This document shows positions 1-7,821 of a stretch of 13,207 nt of DNA, piece by piece. Source of the stretch: Candidatus Helarchaeota ASGARD archaeon Hel_GB_B (GTDB lineage: Archaea > Asgardarchaeota > Lokiarchaeia > Helarchaeales > HEL-GB-B); NCBI GenBank assembly GCA_005191425.1, contig SUPR01000093.1:1-13207 (forward strand), written 5' to 3'. The translations under genes were made by a program, and so were the position numbers. How positions within the stretch are numbered: the stretch's first letter is position 1; each line of letters starts with the position of its first letter. The notes below the pieces were generated by a model. The model saw only the letters and a program-made list of their open reading frames with translations, ran no database searches and was not told where the DNA came from.

Positions 1-345
1 TATTGCTTAGAAAATTTGTTATTAAAATATTAATGTAAAATTTTCATTTTTAAAAAAGACAGAAAGAAAGTGAATTAATAAAATTCATAAAAAAAATTAA
101 AATATTCTTAAAATATTTAAAATATGTCATCATATATCGAAAACTAAATTTAATTTAGGTCGGATAAAAATTTTTAATCGAAAATTTATAAGTCTATGGA
201 GTTTAAAAAATTGGCAATAAATAAAAAAACACTGTTTTTGATTTTCTTATTTTTCCTACCATTATTTCCCGTAATGACTACAATGATACCAAATATGAGT
301 AAGCCATCTAAAATTTCAGTTAATCCTTCAATTAAAATTTCTACA

Positions 346-948
346 GTTCCGAATAATGTTGTAATTAACGAAATTTTATTTGATGATGCATTAGCAGGAG
401 ATGATGGGGAATATGTGGAATTATTTAATCCAACTGACCATATTATTAATATTTCATTATGAAATATTACAGATGAAGAGTCGGGAGGCGGAGAAGGAGT
501 ATTTGAGTTTCCTTTAGGTTCTTTTATTCCTTCACGGGGCTTTATTGTGATTTTTAAAAGTATTGTGGCAGGTCAATTAATAACCCCAGATGACGTGGCT
601 AATGACACGTTAGTTCAACTATATGAAACGCTTGCAGCTGGTAGTCCAATAAATGACTCGAGAGTTGCAGATTTAATACATGTTGCAGGATCGGCGGACT
701 TAAATTTGGCAAGTGCTGGGGATGAAATATTTTTATACGATAGTACGGGGGCAGTTGTAGATTCTGTTTCTTATGGAGAAATCCCATTTGCTGGTGCAAT
801 GAATAAACTTAAAACAGCAAATTCCGACTATGGGCAATGGGAAAATTATACAATAGAACGGGTTTGGACGGTAGACGATGCAAATTGGGCTATCAATAGT
901 ACCGGGTGGGCGATTAAGCAGCACCCAACGCCAGGGAGATTAAATGGT
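346..948 (+). repeat. LTD domain copy 1 (protein-level internal duplication)
   Basis: VPNNVVINEILF..EYVELFNPTDHIINISL*NITD ... DLNLASAGDEIFLYDSTGAVVDSVSYG ... NYTIERVW ... HPTPGRLNG aligns by eye to copy 2. Boundaries are approximate. Confidence 0.8.
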
Positions 949-990
949 ACAATCCCAGAGTATGGAAGTGAGGACCCATTTGGCGGAGGA

Positions 991-1677
991 ATTCCAAACA
1001 ATGTTGTTATTAACGAAGTATTTTTTGGGCCAGAAATTGATGTAGGTAATACTCAAATAAATCAATTTATTGATCTTTTTAATCCTACTGATAGAAACAT
1101 TAATGTTACTGCATGGAAAATAGAGACAAGAAGTTCTTCATGGATTTTTACGAGAGGAAAATATTCAGATGAGTTAGGCGACTCTGATATTCTTTTAATT
1201 TGGCCAGATAATAATAAATCGAAGACATGGGATGACTATATGAACCCAACTGATGACTATTCATCATGGTGGGAATTTTGGAACAACGTAGACAATATGG
1301 AAACTTGGTATCAAGGGGATGATTATAGAAGATATGGACTTAACGTCCCACCTTATACGCCACCAACATACTCAAAAAATCATGAACTACATAATGTTTC
1401 AAATGCGAATTCCGATTTCAATTTAACTCGAGCTGGAGATTTTGTCATTTTAAGGGATAATACAGGTGTAGTGGTTGATGTTGTTTGTTGGGGGACAGGA
1501 TACAATTATCTCCCAGCAGATGCAAAATTAGTTATCGATAAACAAAATATAGGCTTGGATCATGGTATCTCACAAAACGAAAGTTTGGAACGTATTTGGC
1601 AGAAACATTACCCAGTTTGTAGCTTTTTATCAGGACCGGGAGTATATCATTTACCAACTCTTGGTAAAAAAATTGGT
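991..1677 (+). repeat. LTD domain copy 2 with Trp/Asp/Tyr-rich insertion
   Basis: IPNNVVINEVFF..QFIDLFNPTDRNINVTAWKIET ... DFNLTRAGDFVILRDNTGVVVDVVCWG ... NESLERIW ... HLPTLGKKIG. Boundaries are approximate. Confidence 0.8.
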
Positions 1678-2139
1678 CAAGTATCAGATGAAATAGAGGA
1701 AGGCACAGAAATGACATGGGATATAAATGCTGGCTCTTTTACCAAAAAAGACTCACAAGTCTACGGGTTGGAATTTGAATGGACAACAGATAATAATACT
1801 AGAATAGATGTTGCTAAATATACAAATAATCCTAAAGACCATAAACCTAAAGGTTTGCCAATTGGTTCTGAAGGAGTAGCATTCTGGCATTTCCAATCTA
1901 ATAATTTCATAAAACCATTAAAAATTTGGATATATATTGATGTGAAAGAAGCACACATAAATTTGACAACTCTTGAAATCTATCAATGGGATTATGCAAA
2001 TGAAAAATGGGATAAATTAATAACAACAATGACAAATATTGGAAATAATATAACAAGGGTCTATACACAAACAGAATTAGATATTTCTGAAAGCGAACAA
2101 TTATGGATTGGTGTATTTGCCTCGTCAATAGGTGGTAGA

Positions 2140-2217
2140 GAAATACCAGGATTTGAATATTTTATAACTTTAATTGCTATAATTTCATTGGTATATTTAT
2201 GGTTTAGGAAAAATAAA
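2140..2217 (+). other. PGF-CTERM-like archaeosortase sorting signal (motif, transmembrane helix, basic tail)
   Basis: EIPGF-EYFITLIAIISLVYLWF-RKNK lies 4 codons before the stop. This is the tripartite layout of archaeosortase substrates. Confidence 0.75.
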
Positions 2218-2238
2218 TATCAGTTATAAATCACACAC

Positions 2239-2254
2239 TTTTTTTTCTTTTTCT
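2239..2254 (+). terminator. Oligo-T tract, putative archaeal-type terminator
   Basis: TTTTTTTTCTTTTTCT starts about 10 nt after the TAA at 2227-2229. Confidence 0.5.
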
Positions 2255-2277
2255 ATAATTTAATATTAAGTAAGTTT

Positions 2278-2287
2278 AAGGAAGTGA
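2278..2287 (+). promoter_or_regulatory. Shine-Dalgarno-like site for the crotonase gene
   Basis: AAGGAAGTGA ends 7 nt upstream of ATG 2295 and resembles the archaeal GGAGGTGA. Confidence 0.5.
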
Positions 2288-2294
2288 ACTTCAA

Positions 2295-3080
2295 ATGGTT
2301 AATTTATTATTAGAAGAAAAGGGACGTATAGGTATTATAAAAATCAATAGACCAAAAGTAAAAAATGCACTCAACAAAGAATCATTACTAGAATTAAGAA
2401 ATGCAATACGTGCATATAGAACAAATAAAAAAATTCGAGCAATTTTAATAACAGGTATAGATAATTCATTTTCGGCCGGTATGGACTTAAAATCAGTTCA
2501 AGGACTAACTTCTGAAAAAGTCCAATGGGTTGCATCACTAGGACGGCTGGTATTACTAGAAATAAATAATGGGATAGAATATGAAATTGATCCAGTTGAA
2601 TTTTTCGAACATGTATTAAAAGGTCATGAAATCAAATACGAAATTGGAGAAAACTGGAAACCAATCATTGCAGCCATAAATGGTTATGCTTTGGGTGGAG
2701 GACTTGAACTTGCTTGTGCATGTGATTTTCGATTTGCAAGTAAAAATGCCACATTAGGATATCCTGAAATAGACCTAAGAATTTTTCCCTCTTGGGGAGG
2801 AACTCAATTTACAACAAAAATCCTTGGAATTCCAAAATCAGAGTATTTAATATTTACATGTGAAAGAATTGATAGTAATAAGGCTAGAGAAATAGGCTTA
2901 ATAAATGATGTCTTTAATGATGCCGATCTTTTTAATAAATCTTTTGAATTTGCTAGAAAATTGACAAAAAAAGATTTAAACATATTAAAAAATGTAAAAA
3001 TTCTTATTGAACAATCATTTGGAAATAATTTAATTAAAGGACTAGCATTAGAATATAAATTTACTAAAAATTGGAAATAA
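2295..3080 (+). CDS. Enoyl-CoA hydratase/isomerase (crotonase superfamily)
   Basis: INRPKVKNALN, FSAGMDL (oxyanion loop), KPIIAAINGYALGGGLELACACDFR and PEIDLRIFPSWGG are present. Both canonical catalytic Glu positions are retained. Confidence 0.93.
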   Translation: MVNLLLEEKGRIGIIKINRPKVKNALNKESLLELRNAIRAYRTNKKIRAILITGIDNSFSAGMDLKSVQGLTSEKVQWVASLGRLVLLEINNGIEYEIDPVEFFEHVLKGHEIKYEIGENWKPIIAAINGYALGGGLELACACDFRFASKNATLGYPEIDLRIFPSWGGTQFTTKILGIPKSEYLIFTCERIDSNKAREIGLINDVFNDADLFNKSFEFARKLTKKDLNILKNVKILIEQSFGNNLIKGLALEYKFTKNWK

Positions 3081-3179
3081 AGTAAAAATACTTATTTTTT
3101 TAAAAATTATTTAATAGATGTTGTATTATCCAGAACTTATTATTTGATTAATTAATAATAAATATGGCATAGAATTCTA

Positions 3180-3193
3180 GAAAAACTTTAAAA
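3180..3193 (+). promoter_or_regulatory. Putative BRE/TATA-like element upstream of the histidine kinase
   Basis: GAAAAACTTTAAAA is a purine run followed by TTTAAAA, about 95 nt upstream of ATG 3288. The same 14-mer occurs at 6921-6934. Confidence 0.35.
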
Positions 3194-3287
3194 ATACATA
3201 TATATTATACAAAATTTAAATTAATTATTAGTTTATTTAAAAATTAAACTTGAATAATAATATATTTTTGGACGGTCATTAAAATAA

Positions 3288-5645
3288 ATGGAGAATGCTA
3301 ATTCTTTTAATGAGTTTAAATTAGAAAAAAAAGATTTTGGTTCCTATTTAGATATAATCCCTATGGGAATTTTTGAACTTGATCTAGATACTAAAAACAT
3401 AATTTATGCAAATAAAAGATTTTTAAAAATCATTGGATATACCATTGAAGAATTTAATAATACAATTAATTTCCAAAAAATTGTGTACCCAAAAGATATG
3501 GACAAATGGATAAACGAGGATTGGACTGAAAAGAAGTTAGAGTTCAGAATAATAGATAAAAATAAAGAAGTTAAATGGCTTAACGGAAAAGTTATTAAAA
3601 ATTATGTAAAGAATTTTTCTAGAATACTACAAATTTGGGTCGAAGATATCACCGAGAAAAAGTCCATTTTATTTAATTTTATTAGGGAAAAGGAAAAACT
3701 GGAATTATTGAATAATGTTATAATTACTGGAAACAATTTATCAAATTTAAAAAGCTTTATGACTAATGTTTTGGAAATTACAACAAAATTTATGGATCTC
3801 GAATATGGAGCAATATATCTATATAATTCGGATAAAAATTGTTGCAATTTGGTCGAGCACCGAAATTTACCAGAGTTAAAGTCAAAATTAAAAACAATTA
3901 ACATGGACGACCCATTATACATTAATTTAAAAGATACAAAAGCTCCATTAATTGTAAATGAAACTTATAAAAAAGACTTACGGTTCTATAATTTGGACGT
4001 ATATTCATATATTATGATCCCATTATACTCTCAAGATGAATTTGTTGGAAACTTAATTTTAGGGTCAAGAATTTCTCACGAGTATTATAAAAATGATCTT
4101 TTTTTCTTGATGATTATAGGGCAACATATAGGTATGATTATTAAAAAATATAAATCAGAAGTCCAGTTAAAGCATTCAGAAGAGATGTTCAGAGCATTAT
4201 CTGAAAAGTCGCTCGTAGGAATTCTAATTATTCAAAATAATAAGGTATTTTATGCTAACAAACGAGCAGCAGAAATAACTGAATATCCTTTAGAGAAAAT
4301 TTATTCCATGAATTTTTCTGAACTCATAAAAATAGTTCATCCTGACGATATAAGCTCGGTTAAAAATAATTTGGAAAATAGAAATAGTTTATTAAAAAAT
4401 AATTTGATATATCACTCATTTAGGATTTTTTCTGCAACAACAAAAATTAAGTGGATAAAAACATTTTTTAAAGAAATTGAAATCAACAAATGTCCGTCAT
4501 TGTTTATTAATTTTATAGATATAACGGAGTTAAAGGAAACAGGAGAGAAATTAAAACAAGCAGAAACTAGGTCACTTTTAATTACAGAAAATGCAAATGA
4601 TTTAATTGCTATTATTAATAAAGATGGGTTCCATGAATATATAAACGAAAAAACATATTTAAAAATAACAGGATATTCAAAAAATGATTTAATGAGAAAA
4701 AAGTTCGTCGATTTGATCCATCCAGATGATTATTTAGTCTATAATCAGACAATTTCTGATTTGCTTTCATCGGGAGAGTGGTCTGCACAGATTAGATTTA
4801 TGAAAAAAGATAAAAAATATATATGGATTGACATAAAAGGAAAAAAATTTTTAGAAACAGGAGAAATCAAACTATTTTTAATAGCTAGAGATGTTACTGA
4901 AAAGAAAAAAAGAGAAGATGAAATAAAGAAACAAAATATAGAACTTAAAAAACTTGATAAATTAAAAGATGAATTTTTTAACGATATTTCACATGAATTT
5001 AGGACACCACTTACTGCTATAAAAGGATTTGCCGAAATTTTAATGAAATCAAATAACCTGTCGCAACAAGAAATTGAGGACCTATCTATAATTTTAAAGA
5101 ATGAAAAAAGGTTAGAAAGTCTAGTTAATGAACTATTAAATTATTCAAGATTAAAAGCTGGAAAAATTAAATTCTCCAAAGATGTCTTCTTTATTTCAGA
5201 TATTTTAAATGAAATTAAAACTGAACTTATGCCATTATTATTAAAAAAGAATTTAAAATTTGAATTTGAAACTATAATTGACAAGAAAATAGTTCTAGAT
5301 AAGCAACAGATAACAAAAGTAATCAAAAATCTATTTACAAATGCAATAAAATTCTCTAAAGAAAATGGTAAAATCTATATCAATTCTATAGTCAATGATA
5401 ATATTTGGAGGTTTTCAATACGCGATGAAGGTATTGGAATTTCAAATGATAAGCTTCCGATGTTATTTTCTCGGTTTGGAAAATTAGACACTCCTGAAAA
5501 TATAAATCCTAATGGTATTGGAATTGGACTTGCAATATGTAAAAAGATTATTGATTTTTATGGCGGTAAAATTTGGGGGGAATCAAGAGGACTAAACAAG
5601 GGAAGTAAATTTACATTCCAAATTGATCTATCAAAATTAAAATAA
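3288..5645 (+). CDS. Cytoplasmic multi-sensor histidine kinase (PAS-GAF-PAS-PAS-HisKA-HATPase_c)
   Basis: H-box DISHEFRTPLTAIKGF (His codon 4992-4994), N-box KNLFTNAIKFS, G1 RDEGIGI, F-box LFSRF and G2 GIGIGLAICKKII. PAS signatures IVYPKD, IVHPDD and LIHPDD. GAF-like segment (YGAIYLY...IMIPLYSQDEFVGNLILGS). No transmembrane helix is evident. Confidence 0.93.
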   Translation: MENANSFNEFKLEKKDFGSYLDIIPMGIFELDLDTKNIIYANKRFLKIIGYTIEEFNNTINFQKIVYPKDMDKWINEDWTEKKLEFRIIDKNKEVKWLNGKVIKNYVKNFSRILQIWVEDITEKKSILFNFIREKEKLELLNNVIITGNNLSNLKSFMTNVLEITTKFMDLEYGAIYLYNSDKNCCNLVEHRNLPELKSKLKTINMDDPLYINLKDTKAPLIVNETYKKDLRFYNLDVYSYIMIPLYSQDEFVGNLILGSRISHEYYKNDLFFLMIIGQHIGMIIKKYKSEVQLKHSEEMFRALSEKSLVGILIIQNNKVFYANKRAAEITEYPLEKIYSMNFSELIKIVHPDDISSVKNNLENRNSLLKNNLIYHSFRIFSATTKIKWIKTFFKEIEINKCPSLFINFIDITELKETGEKLKQAETRSLLITENANDLIAIINKDGFHEYINEKTYLKITGYSKNDLMRKKFVDLIHPDDYLVYNQTISDLLSSGEWSAQIRFMKKDKKYIWIDIKGKKFLETGEIKLFLIARDVTEKKKREDEIKKQNIELKKLDKLKDEFFNDISHEFRTPLTAIKGFAEILMKSNNLSQQEIEDLSIILKNEKRLESLVNELLNYSRLKAGKIKFSKDVFFISDILNEIKTELMPLLLKKNLKFEFETIIDKKIVLDKQQITKVIKNLFTNAIKFSKENGKIYINSIVNDNIWRFSIRDEGIGISNDKLPMLFSRFGKLDTPENINPNGIGIGLAICKKIIDFYGGKIWGESRGLNKGSKFTFQIDLSKLK

Positions 5646-5801
5646 ATAACAAATTTTATTATTTAGATTAACATCCTTTTATTTTTGATTAATTTTTTAA
5701 CATTAAGATACATTTTAATAGGAGAAAATAATACTCTTATATAGGTAAATAATATTTTAAAAGAATTATTATATTCAATAACTAAAAATAAACTGGTTAA
5801 A

Positions 5802-6572
5802 ATGGAAAAAATGAACAAAACTAAATTATTACCAGATTATCCAAATACTTTTGTGGTTACAATTACAGCTATGATGACAGCACTCGTAGCTATTACAACA
5901 TTTGCAATTCAATTGTATATACCTGCGACCAGTGGTTATTTTAATATCGGTGAAATTATTATTTATACATCAGCAATAATTTTTGGCCCAATTATTGGAG
6001 GCATCTCGGGCGGAGTAGGAGCTGCTATTGCAGACCTTATTGGATACCCAATTTATGCTCCAGGTACTCTGGTCATAAAATTTTTAGAGGGATTTATCAT
6101 TGGATTTCTTGTTTACAATATAGATTTTAACAAAACTAAAAAATATTGGCGATTTATAGGAATTGGGATCGGAGTTTTAATAGGTTCGGTATTGGCATTG
6201 ATAGGAATTAATTATTATTCTGCAACTTGGGAAATTGGAATAATTTATTTAGGGACTATCGAAATATCAGTTTCTAGCATAGTATGGATAATTCTTGGAA
6301 TTGTTTCAGGTGGATTAATTATTTTTGCAAGTCTAAGAATTTCGCTCGAAAGCGCCTTTTATTCAATAATAATATTAATTGGTGGGTCAGTAATGGTCTT
6401 GGGCTATTTTATATATGAATACTTTATATTATATAGCATATTATCAATTGAATTGATAGCATTCGCTGAAATACCTCTAAATTTTGGTCAGGCGCTTATA
6501 GGTCTTGTGATATCAGTCCCAATTATAAAAATACTTAAAAAATCTATTCCATCTCTTGACAAAAATTTATAA
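5802..6572 (+). CDS. ECF transporter substrate-specific S component (substrate unknown), enlarged
   Basis: IPATSGYFNIGEIIIY..AIIFGPIIGGISGGVGAAIADL..YPIYAPGTLVIKFLEG and the C-terminal EIPLNFGQALIG..ISVPI match the ECF S-component pattern. The protein is highly hydrophobic. Confidence 0.85.
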   Translation: MEKMNKTKLLPDYPNTFVVTITAMMTALVAITTFAIQLYIPATSGYFNIGEIIIYTSAIIFGPIIGGISGGVGAAIADLIGYPIYAPGTLVIKFLEGFIIGFLVYNIDFNKTKKYWRFIGIGIGVLIGSVLALIGINYYSATWEIGIIYLGTIEISVSSIVWIILGIVSGGLIIFASLRISLESAFYSIIILIGGSVMVLGYFIYEYFILYSILSIELIAFAEIPLNFGQALIGLVISVPIIKILKKSIPSLDKNL

Positions 6573-6802
6573 AAAATACGGCGGCATAAAATTTAACATT
6601 TAACAAGCCCTTTTTTTATTAATAAAGTTGATAATATTTAAAATTTTTATACATATTTTGATAGAAAAAATTTATTTTTTCGTTTAATTTTGTATTTTTC
6701 AATTTTTATATTGTTTAATTTAGTAAAATCGATATTTATGATTTAAAAAAAAGGCATTTAAACAAAAAGAACTAAATTTTTCAAATTGCTATAGGTGATT
6801 AT

Positions 6803-6856
6803 ATGTGTAGCATTGCTGTTTTTAAATTTCTAAGAACTATATTAACTAAATTTTAA
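6803..6856 (+). CDS. Possible 17-aa small ORF (MCSIAVFKFLRTILTKF) or 5' remnant of a lost gene
   Basis: AGGTGAT (6793-6799), the strongest SD match I found in the window, sits 3 nt before ATG 6803 in an otherwise non-coding stretch. The ORF is too short for any other support. Confidence 0.25.
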   Translation: MCSIAVFKFLRTILTKF

Positions 6857-6920
6857 TTTGAATTAAAAGAAAAATTTAATCAATATACTAAAGGAATTAG
6901 TAATAAAATAATCTAACGCT

Positions 6921-6934
6921 GAAAAACTTTAAAA
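6921..6934 (+). promoter_or_regulatory. Putative BRE/TATA-like element, second copy
   Basis: GAAAAACTTTAAAA is identical to 3180-3193 and lies upstream of the membrane protein gene. Confidence 0.3.
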
Positions 6935-7090
6935 CCTTTGATGCTTTATATAATAATAAAAATATTACTTAAAAACATATTAAAATTAATTTATAAATAT
7001 AGAAAATTAGTTAATTTTTAAAAGTATTCAAATTAATTTTTGCTATGCTATGTTCATTTATTGAAATTCATTATTAAAATATTAGGTTTA

Positions 7091-7594
7091 ATGATGAATA
7101 AAATGAAATTGAAAAATTGTAATCAAAAATTTAATTTTAAAAAATTTAGTATGAAATTTATTAAATATGCAATAATAAGTCTATTCATAATTTTAATGGC
7201 GGCATTGATTTTCCTTGAATTTATTCCTTTATCGCTTTACTTAAAGATATTTAGCATTTTATTAATTGTAACATGTATTTCGCTTGGAATCTCAGCATTA
7301 TATGTTTTAAAAAAACCACCACATACATGTGATGAAAACTTTTTTGATCCATGGTCATTACCACATTATTTAGTGCCGTTAGATTTTAGTATGATTTTAT
7401 ATTTATATTTAAAAAGTTTATTTCTAAGTATTTTCATTCCAATTTTAGCTGATATTATATATGAATTTATTGAATTATTAATTACAAAAATTAATTATAA
7501 TTTTGGCGCCGAAAGTCTAAAAAATAAAGTTTCAGATGTTTTTTTTGCATGTTGTGGTTCTCTGACAAATTTATTTCTAATTTTTCTAATATAA
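7091..7594 (+). CDS. Small polytopic membrane protein of unknown function (start uncertain: ATG 7091, 7094, 7103 or 7151)
   Basis: Several hydrophobic helices carry the polar motifs DPWSLPH, YEFIE and ESLKNKVSD. The TTG at 7040 in the ORF track looks like an over-extension into AT-rich intergenic DNA. Confidence 0.7.
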   Translation: MMNKMKLKNCNQKFNFKKFSMKFIKYAIISLFIILMAALIFLEFIPLSLYLKIFSILLIVTCISLGISALYVLKKPPHTCDENFFDPWSLPHYLVPLDFSMILYLYLKSLFLSIFIPILADIIYEFIELLITKINYNFGAESLKNKVSDVFFACCGSLTNLFLIFLI

Positions 7595-7821
7595 TTTATT
7601 TTATTTTCTAAATTTTTAATTATAAACATTTTTTCTTTAATAAAATTAATGATGTAGTTAAATCATAGATTATTCTTTAAAAAAAATTAAAATTAAACTC
7701 GATTTGAACGAGCTTATTAAAATTCAATTTAAATGATAAAGGTAGAATAAAATTATTTATTAAAAAATCTGAAGTGATAAATCTAAAAAAATATAATTCA
7801 AATCATAAAATTATAAATTCA

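Larger units (their letters stand above)
196..2229 (+). pseudogene. Secreted cell-surface protein: signal peptide, two lamin-tail (LTD) domains, C-terminal beta domain and PGF-type anchor; interrupted by one in-frame TGA at 460-462 (677 codons if read through)
   Basis: ORFs 196..462 and 547..2229 are in the same frame (offset 351 nt). The sequence between them is open after the TGA (NITDEESGGGEGVFEFPLGSFIPSRGFIVIF). There is a basic+hydrophobic N-terminus (KKTLFLIFLFFLPLFPV). LTD hallmarks VVINE...EYVELFNPT...(W)...D and NLxxxGD...VD.V.YG/WG...TPG occur twice. Confidence 0.85.

Noticed and set aside
460-462. TGA as selenocysteine
   Set aside because: The codon aligns with Trp, not Cys, in the paralogous LTD. 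The protein is not a redox enzyme, and the 65-nt AT-rich 3' gap shows no SECIS-like hairpin.
599-2128. Minus-strand ORFs 599..799, 733..924, 1532..1717, 1761..1958 and 1907..2128
   Set aside because: These are antisense shadows of the LTD gene with no recognisable motifs.
2571-2651. Crotonase insertion as an intein or intron
   Set aside because: It is far too short for an intein, lacks the C/S start and HN end, keeps the frame, and shows no bulge-helix-bulge pairing.
3602-5326. Minus-strand ORFs 3602..3922 and 5141..5326
   Set aside because: These are antisense to the well-supported histidine kinase, and their Phe/Ser/Ile-rich composition is typical of shadow ORFs.
5646-5801. Vitamin riboswitch upstream of the ECF S component
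   Set aside because: The region is almost entirely A/T, with no TPP, FMN or cobalamin consensus elements or stable stems.
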